From: Deltaproteobacteria bacterium
GTDB taxonomy: Bacteria; Desulfobacterota; BSN033; UBA1163
DNA length: 64,000 nt
Assembly (NCBI GenBank): GCA_020059605.1
Contig: JAGVBT010000012.1
Location: 5,431-69,430 of the forward strand
Direction: 5' to 3'
The notes beneath the pieces are model-generated. The model did no database searches, was not told the DNA's origin, and worked only from the letters and a program-made list of their open reading frames with translations. Every line of letters begins with the position of its first letter. The stretch's first letter is position 1. Both the position numbers and the translations under genes were made by a program. Shown one piece after another: positions 38,951 through 49,042 of this stretch.

Positions 38951-39988
38951 TTAATTGAGTTTGCCGTATTTCCTGGCCGCCGCCATCAATGTTTCCATGT
39001 TTTCCTTCGGCACCATGGGCCAGATATCGCAGCCGGGCCAGATGGCGTTGACCCCTCTCTCCACGGCTTCCTTAACCGCCTGATCCACATCACCGGGTTT
39101 CCCCTGGGAAAGGACCCCGTAAGCGTCCAATTCTCCGAAGATCAAGGCCTCCGGGCCCAGTTTCTTCCTGGTTTCGGTCACGTTATTCTTTTTTTCCACA
39201 CTGAGGGCATCCGCCCCGCAGAGGGCCATCTGGTCAATAATCGCATTCGTATCCCCGCAGATATGAAGCACCTTGGGCGATTCAATCCCGTCGAATACCC
39301 GCCTCAAGGGAGGTCGTATCAGGGATTCAAACATGCGCGGACTTAATATGTCCGGACCTGCGCCCATCTCGCGGACGGTAATATAATCGGCCCCGGCCTC
39401 CCGATAGATCTTGATCAGTTGGATGAGCACCCCGGCCAACTGGTCAAGCAACTTCCCCACCAAATCTTTCTTCTTAAAGGCGGCCTTGGCAAGCTGTGAG
39501 AGGTCGAGCAGCTGTCCGGCCAAGGTGTAGGGACCCAGAACCCATGAACCGATGGCGATCTGGTCGCCCACTTCCTGTTTCAAAATCCGGAGGGCCTCCG
39601 TGACCAGAGGGATCCTTCCGGCCCGGGCCAGATCGGAGGGAACTTGCAGATTCAAATCTTCCACCTTTTCCGCAGGGTGCTGGCTGATCGTAGGATAAAG
39701 GATGTCCGTGGCGTGAGTGTAATAATTCACTTTGCTGCCCAGCGCTTCCGCTTCGACTCCCATATCGAAGGGAACCACCGCGGACTCGAAGCCGAACAGT
39801 CGGAAAGTGGAGGCGGCCATATCCGCCATTTTTCGCGCATCGGTGTGAATCTCAGGAAATTTCCAGCCGTATTTCTCCAGGCCGTGAACGGTAATGTTCC
39901 CATAACCGCTGAAGAGAGGGATATAATCTAAAGGTTCCCTGCGAAAGAGCTTGAGCACTCGCTCCCTTGAGTTTTGACTTGTTGCCAT
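38951..39988 (-). CDS. MtaA/CmuA-family corrinoid methyltransferase
   Basis: VPFDMGVEAEALG, GRIPLV, GPYTLAG, LHICGD...PGCD. Confidence 0.9.
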   Translation of the reverse strand: MATSQNSRERVLKLFRREPLDYIPLFSGYGNITVHGLEKYGWKFPEIHTDARKMADMAASTFRLFGFESAVVPFDMGVEAEALGSKVNYYTHATDILYPTISQHPAEKVEDLNLQVPSDLARAGRIPLVTEALRILKQEVGDQIAIGSWVLGPYTLAGQLLDLSQLAKAAFKKKDLVGKLLDQLAGVLIQLIKIYREAGADYITVREMGAGPDILSPRMFESLIRPPLRRVFDGIESPKVLHICGDTNAIIDQMALCGADALSVEKKNNVTETRKKLGPEALIFGELDAYGVLSQGKPGDVDQAVKEAVERGVNAIWPGCDIWPMVPKENMETLMAAARKYGKLN

Positions 39989-39992
39989 ATTC

Positions 39993-40937
39993 TTATTCTC
40001 CTTTTTCTTGTTTAAATTGCTTGACGACATCGGGGAAGAGAAGGTTCAAAGGATGATTCCCCGCGGGCAAGAAGGAGCTTTCTACATAGGCCAGAGCGGC
40101 CGTCATGCTCGCAGCTGAAGCAACGGCCGGGAAGACTCTGTTAATTCCTGTCAATGGCCCGAAAAAGAGAAAATCGCTCATTAGGGCAGAGATGGCGTGG
40201 ACCCCTGCATCGATGGCCGGGAACTTATTCCTGTCTTTCTCGCTTGCCGCCTTTCTCCACATATAGGTCCCATTCGACGGGGCAAATCCCACGGGTAAGC
40301 CGAATTCTTTTTTAATCAGATGGTTGGCGAGCAGGGAAAACGTTGTGGTTGGAAGGTTCATCACCGCCGTGTCAATGAGGATGCTCTCAAAATTGCCCTT
40401 TTCCACCAGGGGCAGCAATGACTTAAGCGATTTCACCCTGCCGGTGGGCCTCTTATCCTCCATGTCGAAAACCTGAATCACCACATGTTTGATGCCCATC
40501 TCCTTCAATTCCGATACCTGGGCAGGAATGTCTTCGTCCCAGGGTGTGATGCTGTTATAGAGGACGCGGTTCTGGAGGCCCCGCCCTGCGACGTAGCGAG
40601 CCGCCTCCAGCCGGATTTTCTGTTGCCAGATGTCAATGGCAAAGGGCATCTCCGTGAAAGCGGTGAAGAAATCGATGTAAGTTTTCATCTCCTCCGCCGA
40701 GTTGGCCACCATGGCGATCATTGCGGGCACACCGGTTTCCCTGGACGTCTGCTCCAGCTCCCGGATTTTCTCTTCGGCCACTTCCCGGTTAAATTTTCCC
40801 TCTTTCCTGCTCTCCAGAATCAAATCGCCTTTTTGAAACATATTGCCGATGAGCAGGGGAGGGTTCTCTCCTAACGGACCGCCGACCTTGATGCCACCGA
40901 TGTCACAAACCCTCTGGTCCAATGGATACCTGAACAT
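39993..40937 (-). CDS. MtrH-family methylcorrinoid:tetrahydrofolate/H4MPT methyltransferase (CmuB/MtgA-like)
   Basis: MFRY...Q.V.DIGGIKVGG..GENP..LIG.MF, YNSI, LIDTAV, GLPVG.APSN, DFLFFGP. Confidence 0.88.
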   Translation of the reverse strand: MFRYPLDQRVCDIGGIKVGGPLGENPPLLIGNMFQKGDLILESRKEGKFNREVAEEKIRELEQTSRETGVPAMIAMVANSAEEMKTYIDFFTAFTEMPFAIDIWQQKIRLEAARYVAGRGLQNRVLYNSITPWDEDIPAQVSELKEMGIKHVVIQVFDMEDKRPTGRVKSLKSLLPLVEKGNFESILIDTAVMNLPTTTFSLLANHLIKKEFGLPVGFAPSNGTYMWRKAASEKDRNKFPAIDAGVHAISALMSDFLFFGPLTGINRVFPAVASAASMTAALAYVESSFLPAGNHPLNLLFPDVVKQFKQEKGE

Positions 40938-41060
40938 TCTTATGCCCCCTTAAAAAAGATCATTTCAAATTTGTCCATTAACCCCACCAAACCTCCCCTT
41001 ATTTTAAGGGGAGGGATATACCCCCTCTTAAATTAAGAGGGGGTAAGGAGGAGTTACCAT

Positions 41061-44000
41061 TCATTTCTTCTCCGGAAGGAGATGGGCCAGATGGGGAAAC
41101 TTGTCCTTCATATGGGGAATCCACATCGCCTCAGCAAAGATTTTGTCAAAGCCCGGTTCCAACGTCAGTTCCAAATAGTTGACGCGCCGCGCCCATGTGT
41201 CAGCCTCTTTCCTCTTCTCGACATTCAGAAGGGCCATGCGGGCCCCGTCTCCGGCGGCATTGCCCACCGAGTAGATGTTCTCAAGATCGCAATCCGGAAA
41301 AAGTCCGAGCACTGCGGCCGATACTTTGTCGATATAACTTCCAAAGGCGCCCGCTAAAATGACCTTATCCACCTTCTCCACGCCAAAGTGGCGCATCATA
41401 ATCTTCGAGCCGGCATACATTGCGCCTTTGGCGAGCTGGATTGCCCTCACATCGCTCTGGCAGACGACAATATCCTGGCCGATCGATGTCTCTTTCGCCC
41501 AGGCGATGACGAATTCGGGCTCGCCGTTATTTTCACGGGAACGGGGGGTCTTTAAATCTTTTTTGAAGCGTCCGGTCCGGTCGATGATCCCTGCCAGGAA
41601 TAACTGCGGAACCACATCGATGATCCCTGAGCCGCAGATGCCCTTGGCTCCCACTTCCTCCATCTCCGTGTTCCATCCCTCCCTGTCAATCACTTTGTAA
41701 CGCACGTCTTTGGTCTCAGGATCGATGACGATCTTTTCAATGGCGCCTGGAGCGGCGCGCATCCCGTATCGGATCTCCGCCCCCTCAAAGGCAGGGCCCG
41801 TGGCGCAGGAGGAAGAGATGAGCTTCTGCCGATTTCCCAGGATCAGCTCGCCATTTGTGCCGATATCGATAATCAGTTCGATGCTATCCTGAAAGTAAGG
41901 GGTCTCCGCGATCAGGACGCCCACATTGTCCGCGCCGACGAAGCCGGCTTCAATAGGAAGGACATGGACGTAAGCACCCGGGGCGATCTTGATCCCGATA
42001 TCCCGGGACACACCGGTTTCGGCAGCTCCTTTTTCGGCGTAAATGCCGCAGTTAAGACAGCGTTTCGATTCCTCAATCGCGGTCTCCAGTTGAGCTGCAA
42101 AGCCCGGATCCACTTCGGTAAACCCGGTCCTTTTCTCAGGCTCAAGAAGGGGCAACTCTTTTCTTGGTTCTTTGTCCACCCCTTCGATTGGAATCTCTTC
42201 CACTTTCTTGAGCTTGGCGGGCCTTCCTTTGATTAAATCAATGTTTTCCAGGTAGAGTTCAATGGAGGTGGCCGCTTCCTGGCCGGCCCCGATTGCGGAA
42301 ATCATATCCGAGGCGCCTAAGACAACATCTCCACCGGCGAAAACCCCTTCCATGCTTGTTTTTAAAGTCACCGGGTCCACGGTGAGGGTTCCGGGATTGG
42401 AATATCCAAGTTCTTCAAGGATCCCTTTCCCATTGACTTTCTGCCCAATCGCAACGATGAGGTGATCCGTTTCCATTTCAAATTCCGATCCCTTGACAGG
42501 GAAGGGCGCTCTGCGGCCGTCTTCTCCGGGCTCGCCCAGTTCCATTCGTATGCACCGGAGTCCGGCGATTCGACCCTGTAGGTTCAGGAGTTCAACCGGT
42601 GCCGCCAGAAAATTGAAATGTACCCCTTCTTTCATCGCTTCGTCCACTTCGGTTTTGATGGCCGGCATTTCATCGCGGGAGCGGCGGTAAACAACCAGGA
42701 CCTCTTCGGCGCCAAGACGTTTCATGACGCGGGCGGCATCCACGGCCGCATTCCCTCCACCCACGACGACCACGCGGTTTCCTGCTTCTACCTTTTCTCC
42801 GGAATTGACTTTTCTTAAGAGATCAAGGGCATGGGAAACTCCCTTCGCATCCTCGTGGGGGAGGTCCAGTGTCTCACTCACCCAGGCCCCCGTCGCGAGG
42901 AAGATGGCCTGGTATCCCTGCCCCCAAATGCCCTGAAGGCTATTTACCGGATGATCGGTTTTAATCTCCACGCCCAATTCTTCAATGTAGCGGATCTCGT
43001 CGTCCAGCACTTCTTTGGGCAGCCGATAATCCGGGATCCCGTAACGGAGCATCCCGCCTGCCTTTGGGGCCGATTCAAAGACCGTCACCGGGTAGCCCCG
43101 CCTCACCAGTTCATAGGAGCAGGCAAGGCCTGCCGGTCCAGAGCCGATGATCGCCACCTTCTTTTCCTTCGTTTTCTCTACCGGGGTAGTCTTTGGCCTG
43201 CCTTTTTTCAACTCGTGGTCGGCCACAAAGCGATGAAGAGCCCGGATGGACAGGGGGGCATCCACCCTGCTCCTTTCGCATTCGGGCTCACAGGGATGGG
43301 TGCATACACGGCCGCAGACTCCTGCAAAGGGCATCGCTCTCCTGACCTCTTCGAGAGCCTCGTCAAACTTGCCCTGCGCAATAAAGTATAGAAAATCCTG
43401 ACCGCTGATGCCGGCCGGGCAGGCAACCTGGCACGGAGGATAGCCGCCGATCTCAACGGTTTCTGCTTCAGGAGCGATCTTGAGTCCCCAGTCGCGTGCT
43501 TTAATGTCCATGGAATGGTGAAGCGCCGGAGGGAAGGGGGCCCGTCCGATATTCCGGGGGTCGATGTTCAGGAAAAGATGGTGCATGCAGGTATTTCCGA
43601 CAATCGTCATATCCAGGATGTCTGTGCGTTTAATTCCTGCGATGGCGGAGGCTTCTTCCACAATGCCATTGAGACCATCAATGATGGCCTTGTTCATGTA
43701 TTCGAGGCCTTCCGGGTTGGTCATGGTGTAACTGATCCGGGACATGACATCCTCCCCGTAAATCACCTGGGGGTTCATCATGGAGGCCGTGGCGACCAAT
43801 TTGCCGTCGGTCAGGTCACAGAGATAGCCCGCCACCGTGGTCGACCCGACATCGACCGCCAGGCCGTAAGCCTTTTTCACGAGCCCCGGTTCCACTTTGA
43901 TCACCTCTTTGTCATGCCATACGGAAACCGTGACCTTCCAATCCCCTTCACGCACCGCTTCTTGCAAACTCATGAGCGTCTGGTAGTCCATCGTAAGATT

Positions 44001-44513
44001 TTTGAGCCCATGAGATTTTTCGAGCCCCATTTCGAGGCGTTCCCAGTCTCCAAGGGTGTCCTCTAATGTGGCTTTCGGAATTTCCACATAGTACTTTTTG
44101 ACCGCCGGTTTCAACTCGATCTGTATTTCTTTAGCGGCCTTCCGGACGACCTGCTTTCCCATCCGGCTCTCTTCGGGGACGAAGACAATGACATCCCCCA
44201 GCACCTTTGCCTGGCAGGCCAAACGATAACCGCCGCGTTCCTGTTGCAAGCTGAAAAATTTTCTCTCGGTGGGCCCCATGGAAGAGAGGTGTTCCCGGCT
44301 CGATTCGATGCCGTATTTTTCAAAGAACCCCTGGTCAATTCTTACCTTGCATTTTCCGCAGATGGCTTTCTCGCCGCAGATCCCCTCGATATCCACTCCG
44401 AGCGCGACCGAAGCTTCCTTAAGCGTTTTTCCTTTCTCAACAAAACCCCTCCGACCCGAGGGTTGGAAAATAACCATGCACTGGTCGGCTTTTTCTTTCT
44501 TTCCCTGCATCAT
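41061..44513 (-). CDS. ATP-dependent corrinoid activator (RACo/ASKHA) with inserted GltD-like FAD/NADPH domain
   Basis: N-terminal [2Fe-2S] (CGEKAICGKC..RLAC), AVDVGSTT, NPQ..YGEDVMSRI, GFVGAD, DIGTNGE, GPAFEG, GICGSG, IQLAKGA, AGAFG, GNAA; residues ~349-845 are GltD-like. Confidence 0.9.
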   Translation of the reverse strand: MMQGKKEKADQCMVIFQPSGRRGFVEKGKTLKEASVALGVDIEGICGEKAICGKCKVRIDQGFFEKYGIESSREHLSSMGPTERKFFSLQQERGGYRLACQAKVLGDVIVFVPEESRMGKQVVRKAAKEIQIELKPAVKKYYVEIPKATLEDTLGDWERLEMGLEKSHGLKNLTMDYQTLMSLQEAVREGDWKVTVSVWHDKEVIKVEPGLVKKAYGLAVDVGSTTVAGYLCDLTDGKLVATASMMNPQVIYGEDVMSRISYTMTNPEGLEYMNKAIIDGLNGIVEEASAIAGIKRTDILDMTIVGNTCMHHLFLNIDPRNIGRAPFPPALHHSMDIKARDWGLKIAPEAETVEIGGYPPCQVACPAGISGQDFLYFIAQGKFDEALEEVRRAMPFAGVCGRVCTHPCEPECERSRVDAPLSIRALHRFVADHELKKGRPKTTPVEKTKEKKVAIIGSGPAGLACSYELVRRGYPVTVFESAPKAGGMLRYGIPDYRLPKEVLDDEIRYIEELGVEIKTDHPVNSLQGIWGQGYQAIFLATGAWVSETLDLPHEDAKGVSHALDLLRKVNSGEKVEAGNRVVVVGGGNAAVDAARVMKRLGAEEVLVVYRRSRDEMPAIKTEVDEAMKEGVHFNFLAAPVELLNLQGRIAGLRCIRMELGEPGEDGRRAPFPVKGSEFEMETDHLIVAIGQKVNGKGILEELGYSNPGTLTVDPVTLKTSMEGVFAGGDVVLGASDMISAIGAGQEAATSIELYLENIDLIKGRPAKLKKVEEIPIEGVDKEPRKELPLLEPEKRTGFTEVDPGFAAQLETAIEESKRCLNCGIYAEKGAAETGVSRDIGIKIAPGAYVHVLPIEAGFVGADNVGVLIAETPYFQDSIELIIDIGTNGELILGNRQKLISSSCATGPAFEGAEIRYGMRAAPGAIEKIVIDPETKDVRYKVIDREGWNTEMEEVGAKGICGSGIIDVVPQLFLAGIIDRTGRFKKDLKTPRSRENNGEPEFVIAWAKETSIGQDIVVCQSDVRAIQLAKGAMYAGSKIMMRHFGVEKVDKVILAGAFGSYIDKVSAAVLGLFPDCDLENIYSVGNAAGDGARMALLNVEKRKEADTWARRVNYLELTLEPGFDKIFAEAMWIPHMKDKFPHLAHLLPEKK

Positions 44514-44546
44514 TTATTCCCCATTTAATCTCTCACATTTAAATTA

Positions 44547-44660
44547 GAAATCCGAATATCGAAATCCGAAACCCAAGTTCAATATCAAAATTCTAAACTT
44601 TTTTTAGGACATTTGGATTTTGAACATTCGTGCTTGTTTCGAATTTCGTATTTCGGATTT
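44547..44660. repeat. 7-bp-period inverted repeat (AAATCCG / CGGATTT type)
   Basis: aaatccg-aatatcg-aaatccg...tttcgaa-tttcgta-tttcgga; relative at 62777-62913. Confidence 0.7.
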
Positions 44661-45342
44661 ATTTTTTAGAAAGCTCCTCTTCCTTCAGCATCTTGAGAAG
44701 TTTGATCGCTTCATCGACAGCGGTCCCGGCATCTTTGGCGTAGCCGTCCGCCCCGTATTTTTCAGCCACTTCCGGATTTACCGGAGCGCCGCCGATCATG
44801 ATCCGGACTTTAGGGTTCTTGGCCCGCAACCTTTTAATCACCTCGGGCATATTGAGCATGCTCGTCGTCATCAACGCCGAGATCCCGACGACATTCGACT
44901 CTGTCCTGATCTGCTCTTCAACAAACTTGTCGAGAGGGACATCTTTTCCCAGGTCGTAAACCGTCCAGCCGGCCACCTCAAACATCAGCTTGACCAGGTT
45001 TTTCCCGATGTCGTGAACATCGCCCTCCACAACGCCCAGGACGATCGATCCTTTCACCTCTGATTTTCGGCCCGAGGCTTCAATGGCTGGTTTTAAAAGG
45101 TCCAGGCCGGCATAGAGCGCGTCCGCACACATGAGCAGTTCGGGGACAAAGTATTCCTTTTTATTGTATTTATCTCCGGCCTCCATCATCCCCTCAGCCA
45201 GCCCCTCCATGGTGGCGATAAAGGGATCGACCCCTTCCTCCAAGGCAATCTTCGACCATTTTGCCGCCTCTTCCTCTTCAAATTGAGCGACGGCTTCGTG
45301 AAGCCCTTTCAAAATTTCTTTCGTCCTCTCCTCTGTCGCCAT
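44659..45342 (-). CDS. Corrinoid-binding protein (MtaC/MttC family)
   Basis: EYFVPELL, VEGDVHDIGKNLV (DxHxxG), SALMTTSM, IGGAP. Confidence 0.93.
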   Translation of the reverse strand: MATEERTKEILKGLHEAVAQFEEEEAAKWSKIALEEGVDPFIATMEGLAEGMMEAGDKYNKKEYFVPELLMCADALYAGLDLLKPAIEASGRKSEVKGSIVLGVVEGDVHDIGKNLVKLMFEVAGWTVYDLGKDVPLDKFVEEQIRTESNVVGISALMTTSMLNMPEVIKRLRAKNPKVRIMIGGAPVNPEVAEKYGADGYAKDAGTAVDEAIKLLKMLKEEELSKK

Positions 45343-45373
45343 AAATGGTTCCTCCTGAACTTAAAAAAAATTG

Positions 45374-46297
45374 TCATGGTTGATCGGACGGATTACCCAA
45401 GGCCATAAAAAAAAGTTCCCCGGTTCCCATCCTTCGAAAAATGACTCCTCGTTGATTCAGCCTGTCGGTCAATTCCTGGCCAAGAACTTCGGATAAATCT
45501 TTCGGCATGAACACGTCATGGGGGGATTGATCTAAAGGGATGGGCGTCTGTTGAGGGCGGAGGGGATGGTCGTCACTCAGAAGCAACGTTGGATCAAAGG
45601 GTTGGGTTCCATTGAGCCTGGCCATATGGTTCCCCACGATCAGCAGGTCATCAATGATCTCTCTCCTCGCCCCCACTCCGTCTCTTTGTTTTAAGCATTC
45701 GAGGATGGCCCGATGGGATTTGGTCACTTTATGATAGAATTCGGGTCCGAGGTTCAGGTTAAACTTAATATCATTCAGAATATTATCGATAAAATCCATC
45801 ACCAGTATCAGGATGGGGTTTTCGGTCATCCTGGCCAGGTAACGATGGAATCCTATCTCTCTGGCAACAATGGTATGAGGGGTGGCCGGAATTTCCGTGA
45901 TCATGCTCTCCAACTTAACAATGTCCTCCGGCAGGATGCGCGAGGCTGCAATCTGGGCAACAGGCGGCTCGAGCAAATAGCGGATCATGGTAATATCTCT
46001 GACGGAGATGGTCTTGAAGTGGAGAAAGTTGATGATGCTGTGGATCGTCGTCTTCATATCCACTTCTGCAATAAAGACGCCGCCGGTGATTCCCTTTCGA
46101 ATCTGCACTAACCCCATGCCTTCGAGTACCCTTAAAGATTCCCGCAGGGTGGCTTTACTGACGCCAAACTGCGACATGAGTTCCTTTTCAGAGGCCACTT
46201 TATCCCCCGGTTTAAACTGGCCCGACAGGATGGCATTTCTTATCTGCTCGATAATCTGGTCGGAAATCTTTAGCGTTTTGTTGGCAGTCTGAAACAA
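45374..46297 (-). CDS. GntR/FadR-family transcriptional regulator
   Basis: I.EQIRNAILSGQFKPGD..SEKEL..FGVS..TLRE HTH; FCD domain FHRYLA..N. Confidence 0.9.
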   Translation of the reverse strand: MFQTANKTLKISDQIIEQIRNAILSGQFKPGDKVASEKELMSQFGVSKATLRESLRVLEGMGLVQIRKGITGGVFIAEVDMKTTIHSIINFLHFKTISVRDITMIRYLLEPPVAQIAASRILPEDIVKLESMITEIPATPHTIVAREIGFHRYLARMTENPILILVMDFIDNILNDIKFNLNLGPEFYHKVTKSHRAILECLKQRDGVGARREIIDDLLIVGNHMARLNGTQPFDPTLLLSDDHPLRPQQTPIPLDQSPHDVFMPKDLSEVLGQELTDRLNQRGVIFRRMGTGELFFMALGNPSDQP

Positions 46298-46337
46298 AGG
46301 CCTATCTCGCTTGTGTTGAATGATGAAGTGTGGAGCT

Positions 46338-46393
46338 ATCTTACACAGAACTAAATAGAAATGTCAAGAAAAAATGTTATAAATATTATAATA
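46338..46393 (-). promoter_or_regulatory. Sigma70 promoter with upstream 17-bp motif
   Basis: TTGACA-N18-TAAGAT on minus strand; TTATAAATATTATAATA at 46377-46393 also present at 61834-61850. Confidence 0.6.
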
Positions 46394-46411
46394 AATTAAT
46401 TATTAATATAA

Positions 46412-47437
46412 TCATGGCGTTATATCAGCATTCCCTTGAATGGATATACTTTTTGAGGGTTGGTAAACAATTCCAGTGATCTTATCTTCTTGAAAATCAA
46501 AAAGTTTCCTGTTTTCTCGCCCATCTTTTATGGTGACGGTGGGTCCATCAATGACCTTGCCAATCATGGAGGCCTTAATCTCCCTCCCCTGGAAGAGGTC
46601 AATGACCCGCTGGGACCGATCCGGGGCAACAGAGAGAACAAACCCGAAGCTCTGAAAGCAAACGAGCCAGTCCGAAAGTTCAATGTCAGGCGGTTTCGGG
46701 ATGGAAGGCAGGTCGATGATAGCGCCCTTGCCGGAGTTTTCCATCATAATCGAAACCGTTCCCAGAATTCCTGCATTGCTCACATCCTTTGCGGCTTGAG
46801 CCCATTTTTTTTCAGCGAGGATGGGCAGGGCTTCCAGACGATACAGCAACTCTTCCGTTGTCTTTCCGGAGTTGGCATCCCAGCTCACCACGGAGTGGCA
46901 CCCCTTATCGCCTTTGAGGTCTATGGCAAGAATGAGATCGTCTCCTACGTTTGCCAGATGACCCCTGAGCAGCTTATTGGCATGACCTAAAATAGCGACA
47001 GCCAATGAAGGAGAAGTGGCGGGTGCATCCGGGTGTAAGTGACCCCCCACCATGGGGACCCCCAGTTTGTTACAACCCTTCCTGATTCCTTCCACGACTT
47101 TTGATCGCTGCTCTTCCTCTCCGCTGGCGAGGACATTGACCATGGCCAGGGGTCTGCCACCCATGGAATAAATATCGTTGACCGTGACCATCACCGATGC
47201 TTTCCCGGCCGCATAGGGTTCGTTCACCAGCAACCTGGTCATGATGCCATCAGCGGCAAGAAGCAAGAAGCCATCTTTCCAGGGAATGATGGCCGCGTCG
47301 TCCCCAAAATTGGGCAACTGCGGTCCCGGCTGTCCTTGTAAAACCAGTTTATCGAAAACATCTTTAATGGGTTGTTTGCGCAATAACCCTTCGTAATTTC
47401 GAACTCTTTCAACAATCTGAGATAAGTTGATACTCAC
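46412..47437 (-). CDS. AIR-synthase-related (PurM/SelD fold) protein, sll0787 / methanogenesis marker 2-like
   Basis: GDDAAII, LLLAADG, VNDIYSMGGRP, VGGHLHPD, AKDVSNAGILGT, DWL..F..FGFVL. Confidence 0.85.
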   Translation of the reverse strand: MSINLSQIVERVRNYEGLLRKQPIKDVFDKLVLQGQPGPQLPNFGDDAAIIPWKDGFLLLAADGIMTRLLVNEPYAAGKASVMVTVNDIYSMGGRPLAMVNVLASGEEEQRSKVVEGIRKGCNKLGVPMVGGHLHPDAPATSPSLAVAILGHANKLLRGHLANVGDDLILAIDLKGDKGCHSVVSWDANSGKTTEELLYRLEALPILAEKKWAQAAKDVSNAGILGTVSIMMENSGKGAIIDLPSIPKPPDIELSDWLVCFQSFGFVLSVAPDRSQRVIDLFQGREIKASMIGKVIDGPTVTIKDGRENRKLFDFQEDKITGIVYQPSKSISIQGNADITP

Positions 47438-47530
47438 AAAGGCCTCTTCAATTTAATGTGCGCTTCCGAATGGCATAGAGGCTTGCGTCAAATTCTTTAC
47501 GCCTAACGCTTTGCGCTATGCGCTTTGCCC

Positions 47531-49042
47531 TTAGTCGTCCAGGTTGGCTTCCATAAGCTGGTGGGGCTTACCAAAATATTCTTTCACAGCCTCAATTGTT
47601 TTCCAACCAAGTTGAGAAAAAAAGGGAACATTTTCAACCTGGATGTGGGCCGTAAATTTAGTGCAGCTCTGGCTCTTAACGCAGCGCATCGCTTCCCGAA
47701 CCAATAATTCGCCCGCGCCCGTATTTCTGAACCCTTTTCTCACGGCTAACCTTCCTCCGATCCAGTGGCCATTTGCCTTGACAGGAAAGAGCCGGACCGT
47801 TCCAACGACCTGATGATCCAGTTCCGCTATCAAATGGATGCTCTTGGCATCATCCTCGTCGCAGTCCGAATCTGGAAAGAGATTTTGCTCCTGGACAAAG
47901 ACCTCCCTTCGAATTTCGAAGGCCTTCTGCTGTTCCGCACCGGTTCTGACAGGATGACAGATTAGGGGATCTCTTTCTTGCTCATAGGCATGAAGGGCCG
48001 AACAGGCGCCGCAACGGACACAGCCGGCATGCGACCGACGGGCGGAAAGCCCCTTGCTCTTCAATATCAAGGAAACGGTCTCATAGAGGAACTTCATCGT
48101 TTCCGGATCAGGGGGCAGGGCATCTTCCATGAGAGAACCGGGGATGGGTCTCAATGGAATGATGAAAGGATAGACACCGAGATCGGCTAAAAATTCGCTC
48201 CCCCGGATGACCGATTCTTTCTTTTCTCCGAGTCCTCCGATCAGGAAGCTGCTGACCTGATTGGGACCGAACACCTCCACCGCGATCTTCCATGCTTCCT
48301 CATATTTTTTAAGACCCATGGCGGCTTTCGCCGGGGCCACCCGGGATAAGGTTTCAAGATCAAAGCTTTCAATATGAATTCCCACCGTATCCACTCCGGC
48401 GTCTTTCAACTCAACGTACATCTCAGGATCGGGGGAAGGGGTGAATTGGGCATGGATGGGCAAACCGGCGGCTTTTTTAATGGCTGCCGCACAACGCGCC
48501 AGATGGGAGATCTCCCGGTTGATGGGTCGAACGGTTCCGGTCGTTAAAACGATGTGCTGAATCGAATCGAGTTTTTTTGCTTTGGCCGCCACTTCGGCGA
48601 TCTGTTCAGGGGTTTTGATCCTGATGGTTTGTCCGCTTTCATAGGACAGGTTGATTCCACAAAATAGGCACTGTTTGTCCGTATGCCAGTGGGCACAGGT
48701 TTGGACGACCGTCGTGGCAAGACAGTCTTTCCCATGAAGAAGAGCAATTTGGGGATAGGAGATCCCATCCTCCGTCGAATCACTATAAAACGCCGGCCGC
48801 TCGACAAATTTCACGGAACGGAGCAATTTTCCATCCTTGAAAATGTGATATCTCCCGTCTTCTTCTTTTAAGAGGTAAGGGGATTCCAGAACATATCGGC
48901 TGCTCATCGGGAGAGAGACAGGAATCCCCTCGATGAGCAGGGTTCCGCCTTCGGCCGGGCCTGCCCCGCCTTTCCGGTTTAAGAGCTGTCTCTCAAAACG
49001 CAGGCCAAAGCTCTGAAGTTCTGTAATCAGATGGGGAATCAT
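47531..49042 (-). CDS. MSMEG_0568/sll0785-family radical SAM fused to MSMEG_0567/sll0786-type GNAT
   Basis: RKGGAGP, IALLHGKDCLATTVVQTC-x8-CLFC, GCVRCGACS; C-terminal IRREVFVQEQ..GTVR..WIGGRLAV..AHIQVENV.FF..LGW. Confidence 0.88.
   Translation of the reverse strand: MIPHLITELQSFGLRFERQLLNRKGGAGPAEGGTLLIEGIPVSLPMSSRYVLESPYLLKEEDGRYHIFKDGKLLRSVKFVERPAFYSDSTEDGISYPQIALLHGKDCLATTVVQTCAHWHTDKQCLFCGINLSYESGQTIRIKTPEQIAEVAAKAKKLDSIQHIVLTTGTVRPINREISHLARCAAAIKKAAGLPIHAQFTPSPDPEMYVELKDAGVDTVGIHIESFDLETLSRVAPAKAAMGLKKYEEAWKIAVEVFGPNQVSSFLIGGLGEKKESVIRGSEFLADLGVYPFIIPLRPIPGSLMEDALPPDPETMKFLYETVSLILKSKGLSARRSHAGCVRCGACSALHAYEQERDPLICHPVRTGAEQQKAFEIRREVFVQEQNLFPDSDCDEDDAKSIHLIAELDHQVVGTVRLFPVKANGHWIGGRLAVRKGFRNTGAGELLVREAMRCVKSQSCTKFTAHIQVENVPFFSQLGWKTIEAVKEYFGKPHQLMEANLDD

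Noticed and set aside
38951-45342. Methanogenesis or pyrrolysine-dependent methylamine pathway
   Set aside because: No mcr, other mtr subunits, pyl genes or MttB/MtmB-type genes; the context is bacterial.
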